Of a stretch of DNA of 64,000 bases, positions 28,704-37,335 are shown one piece after another. The position numbers and the translations under genes are program-made. The notes under the pieces are model-generated. The model was given only the letters and a program-made list of their open reading frames with translations, was not told the DNA's origin and searched no databases. The first letter of the stretch is position 1. The number at the start of each line of letters is the position of its first letter. Location: NCBI GenBank assembly GCA_041660125.1, contig JBAZWY010000004.1, positions 165,630 through 229,629 on the forward strand. Direction: 5' to 3'. The stretch is from Lentimicrobiaceae bacterium. GTDB lineage: Bacteria; Bacteroidota; Bacteroidia; Bacteroidales; UBA4417.

Positions 28704-28746
28704 CACCCATTTTAAAAAAGTGTAAACATCATTCTAATACCAATTT

Positions 28747-29310
28747 ATGGCAACAACTTCTGAATTCCGCAATGGACTTTGCATAGAATTCAACAACGAT
28801 CTCTATAAAATTGTAGAGTTTCAGCATGTTAAACCAGGTAAAGGCCCAGCTTTTGTCCGTACAAAACTCAAAAACCTAAAAACCGGAAAGGTTATCCCAA
28901 ATACATTTACAGCAGGCGCGCCTATTGATATAGCCCGTGTTGAGCGCCGTCCATACCAGTTTTTATACAAAGACGAGAATGGATACAATTTCATGAACAC
29001 CGAGACATTTGACCAGATTTCAATCGAGGAAGAAATGGTTGATAATTATCAGTTTATGAAAGAAGGCCAGGGAGTTGAAATAATGGTGCATGCTGATACC
29101 GAAACACCTTTAACCTGCGAGCTTCCAGCTTTTGTTGAGTTGGAAATCACTTACACCGAGCCTGGTTTCCGCGGTGATACAGCTTCAAACACATTGAAGA
29201 AAGCTACTCTCGAAACCGGAGCAATTGTTCAGGTTCCATTGTTTATTGATGAAGGCACAAAAATACGCATCGACACACGTACCGGCACTTATTTCGAAAG
29301 GGTAAAATAA
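28747..29310 (+). CDS. efp: Elongation factor P
   Basis: 187 aa. [43 protein letters not shown]. Confidence 0.96.
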   Translation: MATTSEFRNGLCIEFNNDLYKIVEFQHVKPGKGPAFVRTKLKNLKTGKVIPNTFTAGAPIDIARVERRPYQFLYKDENGYNFMNTETFDQISIEEEMVDNYQFMKEGQGVEIMVHADTETPLTCELPAFVELEITYTEPGFRGDTASNTLKKATLETGAIVQVPLFIDEGTKIRIDTRTGTYFERVK

Positions 29311-29363
29311 GGCTGTAAAGCAAATCGTTGGGTTTGCATTAAAATAAACATACAGCTATTATT

Positions 29364-30293
29364 ATGAAATTCCTTTCACCAATAGCACTCAGTGAAATTG
29401 CAGGCTTTATAGGCGCAACCTATTGTGGTGATGCCATGTTCCCGGTTTCGGGAATCAATGAAATACATATGGTTTCACCAGGTGATTTGACTTTTGTCGA
29501 TCACCCGAAATACTATAGCAAAGCACTATCATCCAAAGCCAGCATTATTATAATCAAACAGGAGGTGGATTGTCCCGAAGGCAAAGCACTCCTTATCCAC
29601 AACGACCCTTTTGCCGCATACACTTCGCTGGTGCAAAGGTTCAGACCTTTCATCGCATCAACATCTGCAATAAGCCTAACTGCCATTATCGGAGAAGGCA
29701 CGGTTATTCAACCAGGTGTTTTTGTTGGCAACCATGTTGAAATCGGTAAAAACTGCCTCATTCATTCTAATGTAAGCATCAACGATTACACCGTTATCGG
29801 CAACAATGTTGTTATTCATGCCAACAGCGTTTTAGGGGCCGATGCATATTACTTTCAGCGCAATCCCGAAGGTTACCGTAAACTTGAATCATGTGGAAGA
29901 GTCGTTATTCAGGATAATGTTGAAATTGGCGCTCTCTGTTCGATCGACAGGGGCGTATCGGGTGATACCGTTGTCGGTAAAGGGACAAAATTCGATAACC
30001 ACGTTCAGGTAGGCCACGACACACAAATCGGCAAAAACTGTCTTATTGGAGCTCATACGGCCATTGCCGGTGTAACACGTATTGAGGATGATGTTATAAT
30101 TTGGGCAAAAGTTGCTATAAACAAAGATCTCGTAATTGGCAAAGGTGCCGTTATTCTTGCCACATCCGCTGTAGATAAATCACTGGCACCCGGAGGTACT
30201 TATTTTGGAATACCGGCCATCGAAGCCCGAAAAAAATGGAAAGAACTGGTAATGCTTCGCAAATTACCTGGGCTTTATTCAAAGCTGAAATAG
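29364..30293 (+). CDS. lpxD: Second, shorter LpxD-family UDP-3-O-acylglucosamine N-acyltransferase paralogue
   Basis: 309 aa. LpxD-type N-domain and hexapeptide beta-helix (GKGTKFDNHVQVGHDTQIGKNCLI). Confidence 0.8.
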   Translation: MKFLSPIALSEIAGFIGATYCGDAMFPVSGINEIHMVSPGDLTFVDHPKYYSKALSSKASIIIIKQEVDCPEGKALLIHNDPFAAYTSLVQRFRPFIASTSAISLTAIIGEGTVIQPGVFVGNHVEIGKNCLIHSNVSINDYTVIGNNVVIHANSVLGADAYYFQRNPEGYRKLESCGRVVIQDNVEIGALCSIDRGVSGDTVVGKGTKFDNHVQVGHDTQIGKNCLIGAHTAIAGVTRIEDDVIIWAKVAINKDLVIGKGAVILATSAVDKSLAPGGTYFGIPAIEARKKWKELVMLRKLPGLYSKLK

Positions 30294-30429
30294 CCATTGC
30301 ATGCTTAAAATCAACCCAATCAACTCAACCAACTCATTTACTTCCTGTTACCAAGGGGATTTTTTATGTTTAAAGTTGGGACGTGGTTTTAAGTTGCACT
30401 CCGAATAAAGCGTACAATAAGCACAAGGA

Positions 30430-31869
30430 TTATAATCCGGATTTAGTCACTTCCTCTGATGAACTGTAATATAAATCCAACGCTACAACAATAGAAACCA
30501 ACCCCCAGAATGGAACACTCGCCTTATCTGTATTGAGGAAGTTGTTCATAAGACCATGCACGAAATAAGTTATTAAACCCAATGTTGCCGACAAAGCAAT
30601 CAATTTTGTCTGTTTATCAGTAGCTCTTTTGTAAACATTGAGACCAGTATAAATTACCGTTATCAAAATAAGCAGCACGGTAATCAAACCTGGAATTCCT
30701 GATTCGGCAAGCGGGCCAATATATTCACTATGTGCATTGCCCCTATCCCCCAGATCGGTGCTGATAATGGTTTTTTCACTGGCGCGCTGAAAAGGTGCAT
30801 ATTCGAACTGGTAGGTACCCGGCCCCCACCCTACTAATGGTCTTTCGGAAAACATGCGCAATGCGGCCTGCCACCGGTTAATTCGCTCAAGGTTGGAAGC
30901 ATCGGAAGAAATATTTGAGATAGATTCGATATGCTTCATAACATCGCCAGATGTGTCCTGCTTGTTTTTTTCAAGTTTATCAAGAATCTCAAATTTAAAG
31001 GCAAAGAAAACCACAAATAAGGCAACAGATGAAATTGCTATCCATTTAAACCTGATGTGTAACTTAACCAAAACAAGAACGCCAATGGCAAATCCAACAC
31101 CAACCCAGGCAGCACGACTGTACGAAAGGAAAAGAGCAACCAGCAAAATAAGTTCAGCTACTGCTGCCAGGATACGCAGTTTCCCCGAACTTGATTTATC
31201 GAATGAAAGGCCTAACATAACCGGAACAAACAAGGCTAAAATAGCGCCATAGGCAGTATGATCGTTATAAAAAGGAGCCATAACCCAGTGCCCGGCTTTC
31301 TCACTGAAACCATAGCCCATGTGTACCCAGGTTGTATAAAATACCACGATGATCAGTGACGAAACATAGGCCCAGACAAAGAGCCTGATATTGGTTTTGG
31401 TACGAAAAAGCATTAACCCGCCAAAATACACCGGAATAATAAACCACAACCTTGATATAAGATATTTGAATGAAACAACCGGCATATCGGAAGTAATTGA
31501 GGTTATCAGCATCCACGAAAGGTTGAAAAGTATGGCTATAGTGACCGGGTGCCTCACAATTCTGCGTTCCATACCCCCTTCGAGAAGGATTTTCAGAATA
31601 AAGAAAAACATTATCCCGATCAGGAGTGGCTCGCTAGGGACTGAGATATTTATACCCAGGTCGTAATCGCCAAGATCAATCGCTAATGGGGTAACAAATA
31701 CAGCAAGCAATAATATTTTTTCTAAACTAAAAATATACATGATCAATAAGATGCATGCAATGGGAATAAGTATTCCCACGTATAGTTCCTTGTAAACCAA
31801 ATACGTATTTACCAATACGAAAATTGCTGTAACAAGATAGACTATTGCTATTTTAAGTTTTTCAGACAA
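30430..31869 (-). CDS. O-antigen ligase/polymerase-family (Wzy_C) integral membrane protein
   Basis: 479 aa, about 10-12 TM segments, with the characteristic loop SYSRAAWVG. Confidence 0.8.
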   Translation of the reverse strand: MSEKLKIAIVYLVTAIFVLVNTYLVYKELYVGILIPIACILLIMYIFSLEKILLLAVFVTPLAIDLGDYDLGINISVPSEPLLIGIMFFFILKILLEGGMERRIVRHPVTIAILFNLSWMLITSITSDMPVVSFKYLISRLWFIIPVYFGGLMLFRTKTNIRLFVWAYVSSLIIVVFYTTWVHMGYGFSEKAGHWVMAPFYNDHTAYGAILALFVPVMLGLSFDKSSSGKLRILAAVAELILLVALFLSYSRAAWVGVGFAIGVLVLVKLHIRFKWIAISSVALFVVFFAFKFEILDKLEKNKQDTSGDVMKHIESISNISSDASNLERINRWQAALRMFSERPLVGWGPGTYQFEYAPFQRASEKTIISTDLGDRGNAHSEYIGPLAESGIPGLITVLLILITVIYTGLNVYKRATDKQTKLIALSATLGLITYFVHGLMNNFLNTDKASVPFWGLVSIVVALDLYYSSSEEVTKSGL

Positions 31870-31884
31870 AATACGTTACCTTTT

Positions 31885-32850
31885 TCAATTGTTTAAACCG
31901 GATGAATGGATTTTGCGCTGTTCCAAAAAAGCAATAGCCAACAGGCTGAACATCAGTGTTCCGGCAACAAAATAAAACATCACGAAGAGCCTTTTCGGAT
32001 AGGATTTTTTATCGGCTACCTGCGGAGGCGTTACAATATTTATAAAGGTGAATTTCTTACCAACATCAAACCTGGCTACATCATATCGAAGCATAATCTC
32101 GCTGTATTCATCAGCTAAGGCCTGGATGCGGCTACCCAGGTATAAAAGGTCACCGCTTTTTTCCATCATACCTTGTTTAAGTTTCTGTACGTCTTTTGAA
32201 TTGATGTTGCCACCGCCTCCGGCAACAGTCCGCAATTCGCCGCGGGTTATTTCCTGGCTTTGACCAGGCACGTCATAAATACCGTATGTTGTTGCAATTT
32301 CACGATAAAGATTTTTCACCGAGTCAATTTCAGCATTTTTTATTTTTAATAGTTTTTCCGTTCCAACAACAACTTCCTCGTATTTCACTCTGTTCTCAGC
32401 CCTGATTTTCTCATTTGTATAAAAAAGTATCGCGTTTGCAATATCTTTTGCCATGAAAGGATCAATATCGGTTACACTTACTTCAATGCTTTCGTATTGG
32501 GTTTTGGAAATTTTTACATTTTTATTATACATATACCCGAGGGTAGATTCATAGTATTTCTCGGTGGGTAAAATACCGTAATGCTTTGGCAAATCGAACT
32601 TCTTCATAACACTGTCGCGGACTTCGGTTGAACTGATCCATTGCAGCATTTGCTCGGTCTGGCTTTCGTCAGAATAAGGTAAAATATTCGATGGATAAAT
32701 GCAGGCAACCGATTTAAACAGAGGTTTCATAAATAAGGAACTGGAAACAACCATTGATACAAGAGCTGCAATAATGGCAAGAATAACCAGGTGCCATTTC
32801 CACTTTAAAATAATTTGCAGTAAGTTGGTGTTATTAAAGAAGTTTTCCAT
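31885..32850 (-). CDS. Wzz-like polysaccharide chain-length determinant protein
   Basis: 321 aa. N- and C-terminal TM helices flank a coiled-coil periplasmic region. Confidence 0.7.
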   Translation of the reverse strand: MENFFNNTNLLQIILKWKWHLVILAIIAALVSMVVSSSLFMKPLFKSVACIYPSNILPYSDESQTEQMLQWISSTEVRDSVMKKFDLPKHYGILPTEKYYESTLGYMYNKNVKISKTQYESIEVSVTDIDPFMAKDIANAILFYTNEKIRAENRVKYEEVVVGTEKLLKIKNAEIDSVKNLYREIATTYGIYDVPGQSQEITRGELRTVAGGGGNINSKDVQKLKQGMMEKSGDLLYLGSRIQALADEYSEIMLRYDVARFDVGKKFTFINIVTPPQVADKKSYPKRLFVMFYFVAGTLMFSLLAIAFLEQRKIHSSGLNN

Positions 32851-32930
32851 CAGCTTAAATTGATTAGTATTAGTATTTATCTTGATGTTACGATTTTAAG
32901 TCAGTCTGTAATTAATGCGTACTGAATGAT

Positions 32931-33968
32931 TTAACTCTCTGTTTGCCTGATTTTCAATAAAAACGCGGGGCTTCTTTCAACTATATAAATAACAAGCATC
33001 CCGGCAAGTAAAGTGCCCAATGAAGAAAGCACCACGATAATCCATATAATAGGGTATGCTTTCCGCTCGGCTTTGTACGCATTTTCAACAATAAACTTTT
33101 GAGGAATCTCCTCGTATGCGTCCATTTTTGCTTCCTCGTACCTGGCTTTGATGTAGCTCAATTGTTTCTTCTCATTTACAAGTGCATCGCGGATTGAAAC
33201 ATAAGGTCCTCCATATATTGCCAATACTTTTAACTTCTCTTCCAGCGCATGAATTCCCCGCGTATTCCCTTTGGCAATCTCCATGGCAAGCTGTCGGTTC
33301 ATCATTTCGGCCTGCGACTCATAATCCTGAACTCCCAGTTTCCTGAGCCGGGTTAATGAATCTTCCATTACCGCTATCTGCTGCTGTTGCGAAAGATACT
33401 CAGCCTCTACAATTTTAAACCCTTTCATGGCACGCTCTTTTTGCATGTCGTTTTTTACCGAATCGAGCAAAACAGCAATTTCATCGGCCATATCTGCAGC
33501 CATTTGAGGGTCTTTATCTAGTACCGATATTTCTACGGCCATAAATTCAGTCCGTTTAAAAGTAATATTCGAATTGAATTGAGTGTAAAGACGAGTTTGA
33601 TAATAGCGTTCTCCAGGGCGAATCCCATAATGGTCGGCTAATTTAAACTTACTTATAACCTTGTCCCTGATCCTGTTCGAGTTTAATATCTGCAACATCT
33701 GCTCAGTTTGTTCATCTACGCCATATTCGAGAATATCCTGTTTTGCACTTGTATTTTCATTGAGCAGCGACTTTGAAACGGAGTTACTCGAAGCCGGATA
33801 CAGTATTACTGTTGACCTGTACAAGGGAGCAATAAAAATTGGCGATGAAAATAAAGCTGAAAGTATAGCAGCCGATAAGCCTAAAACAAGCAAGGTTTTA
33901 CGCCACTTATAAAGAAATATAGCAACTTTAAATGAATCAGTATAGCTGTTCGTGGAGTTATTCAACAT
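32931..33968 (-). CDS. Wzz-like polysaccharide chain-length determinant protein (paralogue)
   Basis: Same topology as the neighbour. Start set at the internal MLNNSTNSY (33968) by analogy with the paralogue; the ORF is open to 34130. Confidence 0.68.
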   Translation of the reverse strand: MLNNSTNSYTDSFKVAIFLYKWRKTLLVLGLSAAILSALFSSPIFIAPLYRSTVILYPASSNSVSKSLLNENTSAKQDILEYGVDEQTEQMLQILNSNRIRDKVISKFKLADHYGIRPGERYYQTRLYTQFNSNITFKRTEFMAVEISVLDKDPQMAADMADEIAVLLDSVKNDMQKERAMKGFKIVEAEYLSQQQQIAVMEDSLTRLRKLGVQDYESQAEMMNRQLAMEIAKGNTRGIHALEEKLKVLAIYGGPYVSIRDALVNEKKQLSYIKARYEEAKMDAYEEIPQKFIVENAYKAERKAYPIIWIIVVLSSLGTLLAGMLVIYIVERSPAFLLKIRQTES

Positions 33969-34148
33969 GGGATCAACCTCGGTATTATAGCTGGCAAAGG
34001 TAGGAAAATCTGTATAAAAAGCAATTGGTGAAAGAAACCGTAGCTCAATAATATCGTATGCGTATGCAGATTCATTTTCTTTTCTGATCGTTTCTCTGTT
34101 CGCGGAACTTTGTAACGCGTGCGGGTACATTTGTTACTACCGAAGGAA

Positions 34149-34757
34149 CATTGACTGAAGCAGGATTTACAGGATTTAAGGATTTACAAAATTAGGATTT
34201 GGGTGGTATTTGGGATTAAAGAGCAACTTGTATTGGAGACTTTGACTTCCAAAATTGATTAATAAACCCAAAGGGAAATCATAAGCCACAGTATAATTTT
34301 TTGCCTGGGCAATATTCACATCTTCAAGATTAACAAGGGCTTTCAATTCAACTACTACTTTTTCTTCAACCACAAAATCTGCCCTGCGAGAACCAACTTC
34401 TATATCCTCGTAATAAACGGTTTGTTCCTTCTCCCTTTGAAAAGCCAGGCCAGCTCTCGCAAATTCGATAGCCAGGCACCTCTGATAAATCACTTCCTGA
34501 AAACCCGGACCCATCGTGTTGTGAACCTTTATTGCGCAACCAATTATTTTATATGTCAGATCATCCTTCTCCATACCGCTAATTTACAGTTTCCCTTTAA
34601 CTCTTCTTAATTCTTCTACACTTTTTTAAAAAATCCTGTAAATCTATAAATCCTGTAAATCCTGATTCTGACAATTTAGTAATTGTTTTTCAAAGAACGT
34701 GAAGCAAAACTATTTTTTTTATTTGTACCGGTGCTGATTGCAAATTAGCGCCAGCGG
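34149..34757 (-). repeat. GxxExxY module, direct-repeat copy 1 (~600 bp: gene plus flanking inverted 8-mer arrays)
   Basis: Near-identical to 36138-36748. GGATTTAC units at 34155-34200 and inverted GTAAATCC units at 34631-34668 flank the gene. Confidence 0.9.
34176..34574 (-). CDS. GxxExxY protein (PD-(D/E)XK-like, PDDEXK_3 family)
   Basis: 132 aa. Motif GPGFQEVIY (GxxExxY) and the core RADFVVEEKVVVELK. Confidence 0.85.
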   Translation of the reverse strand: MEKDDLTYKIIGCAIKVHNTMGPGFQEVIYQRCLAIEFARAGLAFQREKEQTVYYEDIEVGSRRADFVVEEKVVVELKALVNLEDVNIAQAKNYTVAYDFPLGLLINFGSQSLQYKLLFNPKYHPNPNFVNP

Positions 34758-34807
34758 GGTAAAACCCTTTTTGTGGAGCATTACCAAAAGACAAATATAA
34801 CACCACC

Positions 34808-35113
34808 TTAACTTGAAAAGAAAATTTCAGGAAAAAATAAAATGATTAGAGACCATGATATAAATGATAAATAGAATATAAGGATAAAGATAAAGGACCA
34901 AATTATAAGATTTTTCTCCACCGTATCAAGTGAATTGTATAATTTGAACATTCCTACTACTCTTCTAAGGGGTATGTTCGATTTTTTTTTGTTTACATAT
35001 TTTGCATCATATTTCGTGAAGATTATATCTAATTTATTTTTATTTATATTTAAGAATGTAACAGAAATGACTGGTGGTAAAATTGCTATAAAAAATTGCA
35101 GAACAATGTTCAT
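34808..35113 (-). CDS. Small membrane protein, candidate immunity protein for the orphan Rhs tip
   Basis: 101 aa, very AT-rich, with N- and C-terminal hydrophobic segments. Starts 19 nt after the orphan toxin stop. Confidence 0.55.
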   Translation of the reverse strand: MNIVLQFFIAILPPVISVTFLNINKNKLDIIFTKYDAKYVNKKKSNIPLRRVVGMFKLYNSLDTVEKNLIIWSFIFILIFYLSFISWSLIILFFPEIFFSS

Positions 35114-35132
35114 GATTTTAATTATTTAATTG

Positions 35133-36140
35133 TTAACGTCTACCTGGTCTTATCCAGAAATCTGGTGAAGGGCTTTCAAAGAGTAAAGTATAAGAGTAAT
35201 AATAACCATAAATAGCAGTACCTGGAATTCCAATATTTGCACCAACACCAGAATATTTATCTCCTATACCACCCATACCACCAGTTTCAGAAGAATTTCC
35301 AAAAACTTCCCAACCAAGTCCTAATTGCCACATTAAGCCTTGAGAAGCCCCGCCAAAGTCTGCAAGATGAAAATTATTAGATAAACGAGACACACCCATT
35401 CCTGCTGTTGCACCACCTCCAACAACTCCTCCAAAAGTTAAATATAAGCTTGTATTACCATAACTATCAGAGACAGCACCAATATCTATCATGATTCCTA
35501 AGAGCCCAAATGCAGCTGCAGCATTGAAAGCAGAAACAGCAAGCCCATACTTGCCAGGTGGGTCGCCGTCTCCTAAATCACCTCCCAAATCGCCTTCAAA
35601 CATTAAACCATACCCTATATTACTGGCTGCGGCTAAAGCTTTATTATCTTCATAAGCTTTTTGCTGATTATAATTAACTCTCCATTGGTCAAGAAGAGCT
35701 TGTGCATTATAGGAATTAGGCAAGATATAATTGTTATATACAGTCGCATAAGGTACAACATCCCCTGTAGCGATATCAATGTAAGTTCCATTATTACTTA
35801 CACAGGTATATCCCTGAGAGCCCGGTGTTGGGTCATAATGTAATGGTGTTGCTCCAGCGGACCAACCACCATTACCACCCGAAAAGCTTGGTGAATAAGA
35901 TACCCAACTACTTCCGGTATTTTTCATATAACTTCCACGATACCAAAAACCTCCACCATCATAGTCATATATGCCTTCCATTTTTGCAAGAAATGTATTC
36001 CCACTCGGATCCGTGTACTTCAGCGGGTTATTCATACAATAGCTATATCTGTTGTAGCTTTGAGTATAACCGGGTGCTTGTACAAAAGCATCCGGGCTTA
36101 GTACACGGCCAATTACCGGGTCGTACATACGGCCATTCAT
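35133..36140 (-). CDS. Orphan Rhs C-terminal toxin cassette (core-end stub plus divergent Gly-rich tip)
   Basis: Starts MNGRMYDPVIGRVLSPDAF...NRYSYCMNNPLKYTDPSGN, the last 47 aa of an RHS core. Includes a 35-nt stretch (36094-36128) identical to 38345-38379 of the full-length gene. A 288-aa unrelated Gly-rich tip follows. Confidence 0.8.
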   Translation of the reverse strand: MNGRMYDPVIGRVLSPDAFVQAPGYTQSYNRYSYCMNNPLKYTDPSGNTFLAKMEGIYDYDGGGFWYRGSYMKNTGSSWVSYSPSFSGGNGGWSAGATPLHYDPTPGSQGYTCVSNNGTYIDIATGDVVPYATVYNNYILPNSYNAQALLDQWRVNYNQQKAYEDNKALAAASNIGYGLMFEGDLGGDLGDGDPPGKYGLAVSAFNAAAAFGLLGIMIDIGAVSDSYGNTSLYLTFGGVVGGGATAGMGVSRLSNNFHLADFGGASQGLMWQLGLGWEVFGNSSETGGMGGIGDKYSGVGANIGIPGTAIYGYYYSYTLLFESPSPDFWIRPGRR

Positions 36141-36748
36141 TGTCTGAAGCAGGATTTACAGGATTTTAGGATTTACAGAATTAGGATTGGGGTGGTATTT
36201 GGGATTAAAGAGCAACTTGTATTGGAGACTTTGACTTCCAAAATTGATTAATAAACCCAAAGGGAAATCATAAGCCACAGTATAATTTTTTGCCTGGGCA
36301 ATATTCACATCTTCAAGATTAACAAGGGCTTTCAATTCAACTACTACTTTTTCTTCAACCACAAAATCTGCCCTGCGAGAACCAACTTCTATATCCTCGT
36401 AATAAACGGTTTGTTCCTTCTCCCTTTGAAAAGCCAGGCCAGCTCTCGCAAATTCGATAGCCAGGCACCTCTGATAAATCACTTCCTGAAAACCCGGACC
36501 CATCGTGTTGTGAACCTTTATTGCGCAACCAATTATTTTATATGTCAGATCATCCTTTTCCATTATGCTAATATATAGTTTCCCTTTAATTCTTCTTAAT
36601 TCTTCTACACTTTTTAAAAAAATCCTGTAAATCCATAAATCCTGTAAATCCTGATTCTGACAATTAAGCAATTGTTTTTTCAAAGAACGTGAAGCAAAGC
36701 TAAACATTTTTTATTTGTATATGCAGGGATTGCAAATCAGCGCCTGCG
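36138..36748 (-). repeat. GxxExxY module, direct-repeat copy 2
   Basis: See copy 1. Its low-coordinate edge abuts, and overlaps by 3 nt, the ATG of the orphan Rhs stub. Confidence 0.9.
36156..36563 (-). CDS. GxxExxY protein (second copy)
   Basis: Identical to the 34176-34574 product except for the extreme C-terminus (NPNSVNPKIL versus NPNFVNP). Start set at MEKDD. Confidence 0.85.
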   Translation of the reverse strand: MEKDDLTYKIIGCAIKVHNTMGPGFQEVIYQRCLAIEFARAGLAFQREKEQTVYYEDIEVGSRRADFVVEEKVVVELKALVNLEDVNIAQAKNYTVAYDFPLGLLINFGSQSLQYKLLFNPKYHPNPNSVNPKIL

Positions 36749-36788
36749 ATGGGACTTCTTTCAAAAAAAATGTAGTTGCTTTGTAAGC

Positions 36789-36815
36789 AAAAAGCCCGGT
36801 CTTGCCGGGCTTTTT
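36789..36815 (-). terminator. Bidirectional Rho-independent terminator after the Rhs-immunity pair
   Basis: AAAAA-GCCCGG-TCTTG-CCGGGC-TTTTT. Confidence 0.75.
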
Positions 36816-36822
36816 GATTATG

Positions 36823-37329
36823 CTATACTCTGTGATTCATAAATACAAAGCTACCAATTACAAAAAAGAAAAAGAACAAAATCACCCCTAAGCTTATCCA
36901 AGCCCATAGTTTCTTATCTGCTTTCTCCATCTTTTCAAAGTCCCTGAAATAACTAAGATATTTATTATGCCTAAATAATAGAAAGTAGTTAAATAACAAA
37001 GTTATAGGCAATACAAGAATAAATATATTAGCGTTAAAATAACTAATCCTTAACAAACCGATGTAAATAAAGCCTATTCCAAAACAAAATAGAACTATCA
37101 GTAAAATCATCAATCCCCCAGCCCTAAAGCTACTAATTCCAGTATCAGACTTTTCAAATGATTTATTTAGTTCTTCGACAGGATTATCAACACCTATTTT
37201 TGCAAACCTTCTTTTAGAAAGATTGAGCTTATATAATAGTAATGCCGGATTGATTTTATTAAATAATAAGTGAAGTTTATAATCACCTTTGTACGCGAAA
37301 TAATAAATTAAATTCCAAAATCTTTCCAT
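36823..37329 (-). CDS. Polytopic membrane protein, candidate cognate immunity protein of the Rhs toxin
   Basis: 168 aa with 3-4 TM segments (GGLMILLIVLFCFGIGFIYIGLL, IFILVLPITLLFNYFLLF, LWAWISLGVILFFFFFVIGSFVF). Starts 6 nt after the Rhs stop. Confidence 0.6.
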   Translation of the reverse strand: MERFWNLIYYFAYKGDYKLHLLFNKINPALLLYKLNLSKRRFAKIGVDNPVEELNKSFEKSDTGISSFRAGGLMILLIVLFCFGIGFIYIGLLRISYFNANIFILVLPITLLFNYFLLFRHNKYLSYFRDFEKMEKADKKLWAWISLGVILFFFFFVIGSFVFMNHRV

Positions 37330-37335
37330 AAAATT

